Shown in pieces: positions 31,076-39,938 of a stretch of 64,000 nucleotides of DNA. The stretch is from Candidatus Brennerbacteria bacterium. GTDB taxonomy: Bacteria > Patescibacteriota > Minisyncoccia > UBA6257 > GWB1-50-10. Below the pieces are notes generated by a model. That model was not told the DNA's origin. It searched no databases and saw only the letters and a program-made list of their open reading frames with translations. A program made the translations under genes and the position numbers. Each line of letters starts with the position of its first letter. Position 1 is the stretch's first letter. The stretch is from contig JACPEK010000003.1 in assembly GCA_016183535.1 (NCBI GenBank), positions 327-64,326 of the forward strand, in the 5' to 3' direction.

Positions 31076-31529
31076 GTGGAAAACTATATTCTACCGCGAC
31101 GACCACTACTTTAATGACGAGAAGGAATGGACGCAAATCGTCGCCGATACCGCCTACACAGTGAAGGGAGAGTCTCTTCTCGTTGGTACTTCAAGCGCCC
31201 TCTACCGCGTGGATGGGGCGATCGATACGCCGGTGTCGGTCGAGGAGGATCCTGGCATAATCCCCTTCTCGTTTGGGTTGTCGCAAAACTACCCGAACCC
31301 GTTCAATCCGAGTACCACGATCACCTTCTCACTTCCCGACCGAAGCCACGTACGCCTCACGGTGTACAATGCGATTGGTCAGGAAGTCGTGAAGTTGGTT
31401 GACGAGGAGGTCTCCGCAGGCACCCACAAAACAACGTGGGACGCCACTGGATTCCCGAGCGGCGTCTACTTCGCCCGCCTCGAAACCAAAAGTTTCGTCG
31501 CCACGAGGAAGATGATCCTACTAAAGTAG
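31076..31529 (+). pseudogene. Internally deleted paralogue of 19866-21164 ending in T9SS-type CTD, copy 5
   Basis: WKTIFYRDDHYFN joined to WTQIVAD...YRVDGAIDTPVSVEE...QNYPNPFNP...FVATRKMILLK*. Confidence 0.88.
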
Positions 31530-31536
31530 CTTTATC

Positions 31537-31568
31537 AAAGGGCTTGATACATTCGTATCAAGCCCTTT
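31537..31568 (+). terminator. Terminator after CTD copy 5
   Basis: aaagggcttgatac-attc-gtatcaagcccttt. Confidence 0.85.
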
Positions 31569-31593
31569 TGCGTTAGAATCGCCTCGTTTGATT

Positions 31594-31833
31594 TCATCTA
31601 TAAGTTTTCTCCGATCGCCTCTCCACCGCGAGAACAAATATTTTTTTATCGTCCAAAAGTCGGAAAATAACCCGAAGGTCTCCCGACCTCACGCGAAACA
31701 AGTCCTGCCGGCCCTTGAGCTTCTTTATGTCCAACCAAATAATTTTCCCCTCTTTCAGAGAGTTTAAAATCGTTGCTATTTTCTTTCTTTCTTTTTCCGA
31801 AAGCTTTTCAAGCTGTTTGGAAACGCGATCCAT
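31594..31833 (-). CDS. RelE-family toxin
   Basis: IKKLKGRQDLFRVRSGDLRVIF...RRSEKTY. Confidence 0.82.
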   Translation of the reverse strand: MDRVSKQLEKLSEKERKKIATILNSLKEGKIIWLDIKKLKGRQDLFRVRSGDLRVIFRLLDDKKIFVLAVERRSEKTYR

Positions 31834-31836
31834 ACC

Positions 31837-32049
31837 CTAAAGGCGGGAAAGTAAATCGTTTATATTCACTCCCCCTTTGCTTATTTTGGTGAAATCAATA
31901 ACCTCCTCCCAATGGTCGTCTTCGACTTGAGAAACGCGGAAGATCGGCTTGGAGCGACGCATCACCACAATGGGGATGCCTCTCCGCGCCGCCCGCGCGT
32001 ATTTTTCCAGATTCATCCTGAATTCCTTTAGACCAATGACGCTTTCCAT
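31837..32049 (-). CDS. Phd/YefM-like antitoxin
   Basis: IGLKEFRMNLEKY...IVVMRRSKPIFRV; upstream of toxin; direct repeat aagataatcta x2 in promoter. Confidence 0.75.
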   Translation of the reverse strand: MESVIGLKEFRMNLEKYARAARRGIPIVVMRRSKPIFRVSQVEDDHWEEVIDFTKISKGGVNINDLLSRL

Positions 32050-32088
32050 GCTTTAAAAGATAATCTAAAGATAATCTAAAGTCAAGCA

Positions 32089-32254
32089 ATATTCGAATCC
32101 TCGGACATAATAGATACGTCGAGGTCGGCTGTCTGCGTCTCCCCCGCCTTCGCAGTCTGGAGCTCATATTTATAGACACCACTCTCGAACGGCCGGCCGC
32201 CGTTCGTGTCGAAAAAAAATTTGTCACCGGCAGTGCGGTCAAGATTTGGATTTA
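32089..32254. repeat. 166-bp direct repeat, copy B (non-coding relic of FN3 gene)
   Basis: Co-linear, diverged copy of 19352-19517. Confidence 0.9.
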
Positions 32255-32283
32255 AAACACCCCCCTATCCGAACCCACACAAA

Positions 32284-33303
32284 CTACCGGGCCGCGAGAG
32301 CGCGGACAACATGACGGAGGAGCATTGCCGCATACCCATACTCGTTGTCGTACCACGAGAGTATCTTCACTAAATCACCGTCCACCACTTTGGTGAACGA
32401 GAGATCCACAATCGCGCCGTAGGGTTCGCCGACGATATCGGACGACACGAGCTGTTCTTCCGACACCCCAAGAATTCCTTTCCACCGCGGCAACTTGGCG
32501 GCGCGCCGGAAAATGCTGTTTACCTCTTCCACGGAGGTTTTCCGTGTCGCGAGAAACGTGATATCGGCGAGGGAACCAGACACGACCGGTACCCGCATCG
32601 CGATACCGTCGAATTTCCCGGCAAGCGGCGGAAACGCGCGGGTCACCGCGATCGCCGCACCGGTCGTCGAGGGCGTGATATTCGCCGCCGCCGCCCGCCC
32701 GCGACGAAAATCTTTTCCTTTCACGGGGCCATCCACTAAATTCTGGGTGGCGGTGTAGCCATGAACCGTGTTCAGAACGGCTTTCCTGATGCCTGGCTTT
32801 TCCGCCATCACGGCAATGACCGGCGCGGCGGCGTTCGTGGTGCACGAACCGTTCGAAGTTAAAATCACTTTCTTCAACTCGCCCTCGTTCACCCCTACCA
32901 AAACCGTTTTCCCCTCGACGCCATCCTCGTCTTTCGCCGGCGCGGTAATAACCACGCGCTTCGCGCCTGCCGCGAGATGTTCTTTTGCTTTCTCGTACGA
33001 TTCAAAAACACCCGTCGCTTCCACCACGAGATCCACTTTCATTTTCTTCCATGGTAATTTCGCCGGATCTTTTTCCTGCAACAATTTGATCCGTTTCCCG
33101 GCGACCACAAGCACCCCTTGATTCGCTTTGACCTCGCGCGTATAACGGCCATAGACCGTGTCGTACCGCAAGAGGTAGGAAAGGTTCGCGGCGTCGCCGA
33201 GATCGTTGATCGCCACGATCTCAAACTCCTTCGCACCAAATCCGAGGCGAAAGAACAATCTCCCTATCCTCCCAAAACCGTTGATGGCGATCTTTTTCTT
33301 CAT
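32284..33303 (-). CDS. gap: Glyceraldehyde-3-phosphate dehydrogenase type I
   Basis: IAINGFGRIGR, SNGSCTTN, WYDNEYGY; start MKKKIA. Confidence 0.97.
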   Translation of the reverse strand: MKKKIAINGFGRIGRLFFRLGFGAKEFEIVAINDLGDAANLSYLLRYDTVYGRYTREVKANQGVLVVAGKRIKLLQEKDPAKLPWKKMKVDLVVEATGVFESYEKAKEHLAAGAKRVVITAPAKDEDGVEGKTVLVGVNEGELKKVILTSNGSCTTNAAAPVIAVMAEKPGIRKAVLNTVHGYTATQNLVDGPVKGKDFRRGRAAAANITPSTTGAAIAVTRAFPPLAGKFDGIAMRVPVVSGSLADITFLATRKTSVEEVNSIFRRAAKLPRWKGILGVSEEQLVSSDIVGEPYGAIVDLSFTKVVDGDLVKILSWYDNEYGYAAMLLRHVVRALAAR

Positions 33304-33316
33304 ATCCTCTATTATA

Positions 33317-33874
33317 TTACCTTCCGCCGCGATATTGCGCACCCCACTCGTGAACCGTTTCCGAAATCTCATCGAAAGAAAGCAGGCGCGCGCCGCCGGC
33401 GATAAGCCGCCGCACCTTCACCACATCTCCCGCCTTGGCGCGGAGAAGCCTCGCGCGCCCCGCCGCAAGTTCGAGCACCTTGTCCACCGGCGCCGGCGGC
33501 ACATAATTTTTCAGATCGTGCTCGGACACGCCCGGTTCCGGCGGCACTCGTTCTTCCACCCCGACAATCTCGTTTCCGGAAATCCAGACGATATCAATCG
33601 GAAATGAAACTCCTTTCATCCAAAATGGATATCGCGCGGCTTCGTCGAAGAGAAAGAGCATCCCCTCGTTCACGCCCAGCCCGGCGCGGCCCGCAAGCCC
33701 TTTGGCGCGCGTGTCCGCGTCGCGCACGATATCCACCACGATAATCTGCTCATTGATCTTCACCTCGCCCTTGTTTTCAAGCGAGAAGAGTGATGAAAAA
33801 TAGGGCGCGCCGACGAGCGCGATGCCGAGTGCCATCCCAAAGAGCACCATGAAAAATTTTATGAGGGCCGACAT
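33317..33874 (-). CDS. DUF192-family protein
   Basis: GLAGR...GMLFLF...FWMKGVSFPIDIVWI...VLELAAG. Confidence 0.85.
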   Translation of the reverse strand: MSALIKFFMVLFGMALGIALVGAPYFSSLFSLENKGEVKINEQIIVVDIVRDADTRAKGLAGRAGLGVNEGMLFLFDEAARYPFWMKGVSFPIDIVWISGNEIVGVEERVPPEPGVSEHDLKNYVPPAPVDKVLELAAGRARLLRAKAGDVVKVRRLIAGGARLLSFDEISETVHEWGAQYRGGR

Positions 33875-33902
33875 CCGCTTCTCTAGTATACCTCAAACGC
33901 CG

Positions 33903-35159
33903 TCAGGGTTCGTAACTTTGACCTTTTGGAATCTCCGCCCAGGAAATTTCGCTCGCCTTCGCGCCGTCCGGATCGTAAAGCATCACGGCGTTATTTACAT
34001 ATGCGAGCGTGTACGATTTCGGCCACACCACGTCCGCCGGCGGCGAACCCGCATAGTCGGGGTGCGCGAGGAGAAGGGAGCCTCCCGCGGAAATTGTTTT
34101 CCCTTCCAAGCGGCTCGCCGCGACGAGCGCCGACTCGGCGCCGGAGGACGATCTCTTTCTCACGCTCCAACCCGTAAGATCAGCCGTGCGCGATCCGGTG
34201 TTGTAAAGTTTTACGAAATCCCAGTTCGCGGCGCCGTCTTTTCCCGCCATCACCTCACTTATCACGATTGTGCCTTGCGCGGACGGCAGAGGCGTCGGCG
34301 CTTCTGAAGCGGTAGAGGTTGGAGTGTCAGTCGCCGCCGAAGAAGTCATAGTTGTTGCGGTGAGTGGGGGCGCGGGAACCACAGGAGGCGCCGAGTTCTC
34401 TGCCTTCGGTGTTCCGCCGACCTTAGATGACGTGTACCACCCGCGCGTCGCGAGGTTCCGCTCCATCGTGCGGCGCGCGGCGTTATTTCCTGCCGGCCAT
34501 CCGCCAGCTGGCGGAGGCAACGTCAAAACTTCATCCATCACCTCGCACTTTTCATCGAAGAGCCTAAGGCCTTCGTTCTCATTCTTCAAATTTCCCGCGT
34601 ACTGGAAATCCGCGCGCACCTTTCGGACGCTATCCGCATTTCTTGCAAGAAGCAGAAATTGGTTTGCGAGAATCGCCGCACCTTTCGGAAAGGTAAATTG
34701 TATCTGCTCGTCCTTATCCACCAAGCTCCGCCCTTCCATACTCGCCGCCATCTTTCCTATATTGGCAATTTCTATCCATTCATACTGCGCACCTTCTTCC
34801 GTGCCCATCCATGCGATTTCACTGATCAACACCGTGTCTCCCTTTGCTGTTTTGCCACTTTCATATTCACACGCCGTGGGATGATCGATATTCCCATTCG
34901 TGTTATTCGCGCCTTTCGTATTCCAAAGCGGAAATGTCTCTCCGCCAGCTGGCGGATTATTCTCACGTGCGCCTCCGAAAAGCGACGCGGTGATTGATGC
35001 GCCGCTCCCGCCAAAGCGCCCAAACGCATACGCGCCCCCTATCAATACAAACACCGCGGCAATCGCGGCCGCGCTCCACACGACCGACCTCCGCGTCGGA
35101 TCGTTTCGCTTTTCGTACGTTTCTACCTCCTTGTCAGAGATAAAAACTTCTTCCATCAC
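33903..35159 (-). CDS. Membrane-anchored protein with two lamin-tail (LTD) domains
   Basis: TM, then ISEIAWMG...EWIEIAN and ISEVMAG...DFVKLYN...DLTGWS. Confidence 0.78.
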   Translation of the reverse strand: MMEEVFISDKEVETYEKRNDPTRRSVVWSAAAIAAVFVLIGGAYAFGRFGGSGASITASLFGGARENNPPAGGETFPLWNTKGANNTNGNIDHPTACEYESGKTAKGDTVLISEIAWMGTEEGAQYEWIEIANIGKMAASMEGRSLVDKDEQIQFTFPKGAAILANQFLLLARNADSVRKVRADFQYAGNLKNENEGLRLFDEKCEVMDEVLTLPPPAGGWPAGNNAARRTMERNLATRGWYTSSKVGGTPKAENSAPPVVPAPPLTATTMTSSAATDTPTSTASEAPTPLPSAQGTIVISEVMAGKDGAANWDFVKLYNTGSRTADLTGWSVRKRSSSGAESALVAASRLEGKTISAGGSLLLAHPDYAGSPPADVVWPKSYTLAYVNNAVMLYDPDGAKASEISWAEIPKGQSYEP

Positions 35160-35166
35160 AAACTTA

Positions 35167-37776
35167 TTATAGGACTTTCTTCAAATACTGGCCCGTAAAA
35201 CTTTTTCCTTTCTTTGCGATGTCCTCGGGCGTCCCCACCGCGACCACCTCGCCGCCGCGCGCTCCTCCCTCCGGGCCGAGATCAATCACCCAATCAGCCG
35301 TTTTTATGACGTCAAGGTTGTGCTCGATTACCACCACCGTATTCCCCCGCTCCACCAAACGGTGGAGCACTTTCAATAATTGATCCACGTCGGCGAAGTG
35401 GAGTCCGGTCGTGGGCTCGTCCAAGAGATACAAAGTGTTGCGCGTGTCGCGCTTTCCAAGCTCTGCCGCGAGTTTAATGCGCTGGGCCTCGCCGCCCGAG
35501 AGTGTGGTTGCCGACTGCCCGAGTGTGATGTACCCCAGCCCCACTTCTTCCAAAATTTTCAACCGGTCATAGAGCCATGGGATATCATCAAAAAATCCAA
35601 CCGCTTCCTCCACCGTCATTTGGAGTACCTCGTAGATGTTCTTATTTTTATACTCCACCTCCAGAGTTTCGCGGTCGAAGCGCTTTCCCTTGCAGACGTC
35701 GCACGACACATAGACCGTCGGGAGAAAGTGCATCTCGATCGCAATCACGCCGTGCCCCTCGCAGTTCTCGCACCGTCCACCTTTCACATTAAAAGAAAAC
35801 CGGCCCGGCTTGTACCCCCGCACCCGGGCGTCTTCCGTCGCGGCAAAGAGGTCGCGGATGTAGGTCCATGCTCCCACATAGGTCGCGGGATTTGAGCGCG
35901 GCGTCCGCCCGATCGGCGATTGATCCACGTTCACAATACGATTCAAGTGTTCCGTCCCCGTCATCTTCTCATGCGCGCCCACCTTGTACGCCGCGCCGTT
36001 CCACTGGTTCGCCAAAGTCTTGTAGAGCACATCGTAGACGAGTGAGGATTTCCCCGATCCCGAAACACCGGTCACCGCCACGAAACGCCGGAGCGGTATC
36101 TCGATATTAATATCTTTCAGATTGTTCTCGCGCGCGCGGACGATGCGGAGATGCTCATGGTCCCTTGTGACCCGCCGGCGCGCCTTCGGCACCTCGATAA
36201 ACTTCTTTCCGCGCAGATAATCAAGAGTCGGCGAGTGGATTTTTTCGTTCGCGAGGAGCGGGGGTCCCGCTGTTTCAAAAACAGCGGGATTGCGCCCCGT
36301 AACTTCCCGCTTCGCGGATCGGGATGTGGGCGGAAACATTGGCCCTTCTTGAAGAATGTCCGGAATTGATCCTGCCGCTACCACATATCCCCCGTGAACC
36401 CCCGCGCCAGGTCCAATATCAACCAAATAGTCCGCGGTGCGGATCGTTTCCTCATCGTGCTCGACAACAAGAACAGAATTCCCGAGATCGCGAAGTTCGA
36501 GAAGTGTCGCGAGAAGTTTCGCGTTGTCCCGCTGGTGAAGTCCAATCGTGGGTTCATCGAGGACGTAGAGCGTGCCGGTGAGACGCGAACCGATTTGAGA
36601 CGCCAAGCGGATGCGCTGGGCCTCGCCGCCCGAGAGTGTTCCCGCCTTGCGATCAAGCGTGAGATACTCGAGCCCCACGTCCGCGAGAAAACGCAGACGA
36701 CTCCTTATCTCGCGAAGCGGCGCCTCAATAATGGTTTTTGAGGAATCGCTCTTTGCGCTCAGTGTTTTAAAAAATTTCTCGGCATCTTCCACCGCGAAGG
36801 CCGCAACGTGCGCGATATTCTTTTCCCCCACAAGCACATTCAGGGCCTCGGGTCGAAGTCGCCGTCCCTCGCACGCAGGACAAATTTTCTCTGAAAAGAG
36901 TGATTCAGTGCCAAGTCCGTTGCACGCCTCGCACGCTCCGTACGGACTGTTGAAGGAAAAGAGGCGCGGCTCAATTTCAGGAAACGAGAATCCGTCGTGG
37001 GGGCAGGTGAACTGCGCGGAGAGCGACGTTTCCTTATCAGTTACCACCGTCACGACGTGGCCGCCGTATTTCAAGGCGGTCTCGATCGCTTCGGAGAGCC
37101 GGAGCCGGTTATCTTTGTCGCTAAAATTTATCCGCGCGGGGATACGATCCACAAGAAGTTCGATAGTGTGTTGTTTATAACGCGAGAGCTCAATCCTTTC
37201 CCGAAGGGGAAGAAGCTTGCCGTCCACGCGCACCTCGGAAAACCCGGCGTTTAGAAAATCATAGAGGAGCTGGTAGTATTCCCCTTTCCGGCCGCGTACC
37301 ACCGGGGCAAGGATTACGATATTTTTATCGGACGTGTTTTCCTTCGCGAGTTGGACGACCACATCCACAATTTCCTCGTTCGTGAGCTTCTTTATCTCAC
37401 GCCCGCACTTCGGGCAGAACGGCGTTCCGGCGCGCGCGAAGAGTACCCGCAGGTAATCATAAATCTCGGTAATAGTCGCGACCGTCGAGCGCGGATTCGC
37501 GCTATGGCTCTTCTGATCAATCGCGATCGCGGGCGAGAGTCCTTCAATCTCGTCCACGTCCGGCTTGTCGAAGCGGCCCAAGAACTGGCGCGCGTAGGCG
37601 GAGAGCGACTCGATGTAGCGACGCTGACCCTCGGCAAAAATAGTGTCGAAGACAAGCGAAGACTTCCCCGAACCCGAAACGCCGGTGAAGACCACAAGCT
37701 TCCCGCGAGGGATCTCGAGCGAGATATTTTTCAAATTATGTTCACGAGCCCCGCGAATGACTATTTTTTCACGCAT
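35167..37776 (-). CDS. uvrA: Excinuclease ABC subunit A
   Basis: GAREHNLKN, two [10 protein letters not shown] Walker [10 protein letters not shown] x2; start MREKIV. Confidence 0.97.
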   Translation of the reverse strand: MREKIVIRGAREHNLKNISLEIPRGKLVVFTGVSGSGKSSLVFDTIFAEGQRRYIESLSAYARQFLGRFDKPDVDEIEGLSPAIAIDQKSHSANPRSTVATITEIYDYLRVLFARAGTPFCPKCGREIKKLTNEEIVDVVVQLAKENTSDKNIVILAPVVRGRKGEYYQLLYDFLNAGFSEVRVDGKLLPLRERIELSRYKQHTIELLVDRIPARINFSDKDNRLRLSEAIETALKYGGHVVTVVTDKETSLSAQFTCPHDGFSFPEIEPRLFSFNSPYGACEACNGLGTESLFSEKICPACEGRRLRPEALNVLVGEKNIAHVAAFAVEDAEKFFKTLSAKSDSSKTIIEAPLREIRSRLRFLADVGLEYLTLDRKAGTLSGGEAQRIRLASQIGSRLTGTLYVLDEPTIGLHQRDNAKLLATLLELRDLGNSVLVVEHDEETIRTADYLVDIGPGAGVHGGYVVAAGSIPDILQEGPMFPPTSRSAKREVTGRNPAVFETAGPPLLANEKIHSPTLDYLRGKKFIEVPKARRRVTRDHEHLRIVRARENNLKDINIEIPLRRFVAVTGVSGSGKSSLVYDVLYKTLANQWNGAAYKVGAHEKMTGTEHLNRIVNVDQSPIGRTPRSNPATYVGAWTYIRDLFAATEDARVRGYKPGRFSFNVKGGRCENCEGHGVIAIEMHFLPTVYVSCDVCKGKRFDRETLEVEYKNKNIYEVLQMTVEEAVGFFDDIPWLYDRLKILEEVGLGYITLGQSATTLSGGEAQRIKLAAELGKRDTRNTLYLLDEPTTGLHFADVDQLLKVLHRLVERGNTVVVIEHNLDVIKTADWVIDLGPEGGARGGEVVAVGTPEDIAKKGKSFTGQYLKKVL

Positions 37777-37879
37777 ACCAGAAGTGTCCCTGAACCACGT
37801 TGTTGTTTTGAACGACATCAAGCCCAAGGTTTGATTCCTTAGGGTACACCGGCGAGGATACGCGCCCGCGGGCGGGGTG

Positions 37880-39850
37880 TCAATCGAAACGAAGCCGCCG
37901 GCGGAAAGCGAGATAAACAAAGAACAAGACCACCACCAGGACGAAAATCGCCGTCGCGTTGCCGTCATTCCCGATTGTGAGAAGATTTGCGAGGAGCAGT
38001 GCGGGTTCCGCGGGGCGCGCCTCCGCCACGATACGACCAAGAAATGTTTCGTCGGTAAGCGTATTGCCGCCCGCGGCGGTGAGCGCGAAACTTTCACTCC
38101 GACGCACGAGGAGTCCCTCGCCGTCATTCTTCATGCGGAAACGTGCCACGCCAAAAAGCTTATCGTTCGAGAATCCGCCCGGGTAGCCGGCGGTTTTCAC
38201 GAGTCCGCCTTCGGTAGAATCGTCCGCATCGAATCCTTCTCGCATCACCGGCACCCAACCAGAGCCATAGGTGAAGGAGATGAGTTCCGCCACATCGCGC
38301 GGAAAAACGAGCGATACCTGCGCGGTATAGGCCCGCGCCGAGCCGGGACGCGCCACGAGCACCACCTCCACAATCTCACCTTCCACCGTCCGCACCTCGC
38401 GAGGCGCAACCAATATCGAGGCTCCTCCACGCGGATCCGCCGCAAAAGTCGCGGAAAATATTTTTCCCTCCCGCGCGAGAAACGTGCGCGCATCCGCGCC
38501 GTCAACGATGAAATTTCTATCGAGATCACCCGCCACAATTGCGGCACGGCTCCCCCAGTTCACCATAAGCGTATTGAAATCGAGAATATCGAACGAAACG
38601 GGAGAAGAAGCCGCGGCGAAGCCCGTCGGCGAAATCGGCGAACGCGGCGTCTGCGGAGCGGGAGAGGGCAATTCGGCAAGCGGCGCAAAAACAGGAGAGG
38701 TTGCCGCCGCGGCTTCGAACACAATGGAATCCTGGGTGGAACCAATTGTCTCGTACGCTCCCGCGCCAAACCGCTCAAGGTCGCGCGCGAAATCACCGTA
38801 CACCATTTTCACTCCATTCCCCGGCGCAAGCTCCCACCCTAAGGAGGCCGCATACGGAACCCACACCGCATTCGCGAAATCATTTCCGTTCGCAAACCGC
38901 ATCCTTGTGGCGCGAGGCGCATAGACAGCGAGCGTTACCGTAGTCGTAGAGGTTTTCAAATCTCCGGCATTTATCACGAAGGAAATAGGCAAGCCACTCC
39001 CTCCGCTTCCACTTCCGGAACCGCCACTGGTTCCGCCGCCCGTACCGGTACCTCCCGTACCACCTCCGCCGGTGCCACCACCACCGCCGGTGCCGCCGCC
39101 GCCACCCGACGGCGCCGCGGTGACCGCCGAAACCGCGGCGATCGGCGATTCATTTCCCACCGTATCAAGCGCCTTCACGGCAAAATAATACGTAGTCGAA
39201 GGCGCAAGCCCCGCTACCGTCATGTTTTGCGAAGTGTTCGGAACGGGAAGTGGGGCGCCACCCACCGCGGTGGCGGACGAAAAATTCGCGCTTGTGATCG
39301 GGGAGAAGCTACGGCGTACGTCGTAGTTCGCGAGATCCACATCCGAAGGCGCAATCCACGAGAGGACGATAGCGTCCGCTCCCGCGACGGCGGCCATAAG
39401 ATTCGTTACGGCCCCGGGCGCGAAAATATCGGCGGGCGCAGTGCTCGATGATTCTGTGGTCGCGGAAACAGTCGCGAGTCCCGTCTCACCCACTGTCGTC
39501 ACGTACCGGTAACCAAAATAGTAGGTGGTGCCGTTCGCGAGCCCTGCCACCGTCACACTTTGGGAAACATTCGGTATCGGTGCGGGCATTCCGGCAACCG
39601 GTGTCGCGGAGTTCCACGACGATTCGCTCACGGGAGCGGTGGAAAAACGAAGATCGTGAGACGACACATCGCCGCGCGTGGTCCATGAAAGCGTGATTGA
39701 ATCTCCCGCGACCGACGCCGAGAGTGTTACCGGTTCGGCAACCTGCGCGCGCGCGAGGTGCGGCGCAAAGCCTACGTAAAAAACCGACGCGAGGAGTACG
39801 CCGGCGAACGCGAGCGCAACCATCCTGATGAAATTCTTTCCGTGCATCAT
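37880..39850 (-). CDS. Surface protein: FN3 x2, Gly-rich linker, dockerin/cohesin-like region, C-terminal TM anchor
   Basis: Signal peptide, GLAPSTTYYFAVKA, poly-Gly, DILDFNTLMVNWG...GDLDRN, hydrophobic tail + RRR. Confidence 0.75.
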   Translation of the reverse strand: MMHGKNFIRMVALAFAGVLLASVFYVGFAPHLARAQVAEPVTLSASVAGDSITLSWTTRGDVSSHDLRFSTAPVSESSWNSATPVAGMPAPIPNVSQSVTVAGLANGTTYYFGYRYVTTVGETGLATVSATTESSSTAPADIFAPGAVTNLMAAVAGADAIVLSWIAPSDVDLANYDVRRSFSPITSANFSSATAVGGAPLPVPNTSQNMTVAGLAPSTTYYFAVKALDTVGNESPIAAVSAVTAAPSGGGGGTGGGGGTGGGGTGGTGTGGGTSGGSGSGSGGSGLPISFVINAGDLKTSTTTVTLAVYAPRATRMRFANGNDFANAVWVPYAASLGWELAPGNGVKMVYGDFARDLERFGAGAYETIGSTQDSIVFEAAAATSPVFAPLAELPSPAPQTPRSPISPTGFAAASSPVSFDILDFNTLMVNWGSRAAIVAGDLDRNFIVDGADARTFLAREGKIFSATFAADPRGGASILVAPREVRTVEGEIVEVVLVARPGSARAYTAQVSLVFPRDVAELISFTYGSGWVPVMREGFDADDSTEGGLVKTAGYPGGFSNDKLFGVARFRMKNDGEGLLVRRSESFALTAAGGNTLTDETFLGRIVAEARPAEPALLLANLLTIGNDGNATAIFVLVVVLFFVYLAFRRRLRFD

Positions 39851-39906
39851 GGGAACTATACTATCCTATACTATCAAAAATGTCAAATTTATGTCATACA
39901 TAAAGA

Positions 39907-39934
39907 AAGAGCTGATACTTTGGTATCAGCTCTT
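39907..39934 (-). terminator. Terminator after CTD copy 6
   Basis: aagagctgatac-tttg-gtatcagctctt; shares the GATAC/GTATC core with the array terminators. Confidence 0.8.
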
Positions 39935-39938
39935 CGAA

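Noticed and set aside
19866-31568. CTD repeats as a CRISPR array or classical integron attC sites
   Set aside because: Repeats are long, protein-coding, variable in length and kb-spaced; no cas or intI gene; hairpins have U-tracts and lack RYYYAAC/GTTRRRY boxes, so they read as terminators
32089-32110. ttcgaatcc resembling a tRNA T-arm / att site
   Set aside because: No cloverleaf or CCA context; the same sequence encodes SEDSNI in the FN3 gene
19352-32254. 166-bp repeat pair or CTD copies as DGR template/variable repeats
   Set aside because: Mismatches are not confined to adenines on either strand and no reverse transcriptase is present in the window
15687-32254. Prophage or ICE
   Set aside because: No capsid, terminase, relaxase, T4SS or integrase genes
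37777-38127. N-terminal extensions in the ORF track (UvrA 986 aa, PilB 616 aa, CTD protein 650 aa, GAPDH 362 aa)
   Set aside because: Extensions overlap upstream genes; downstream ATGs coincide with family N-termini and RBSs
38995-39110. GGN-rich low-complexity tract as a DNA repeat element
   Set aside because: Explained by the Gly/Thr/Ser linker of the surface protein
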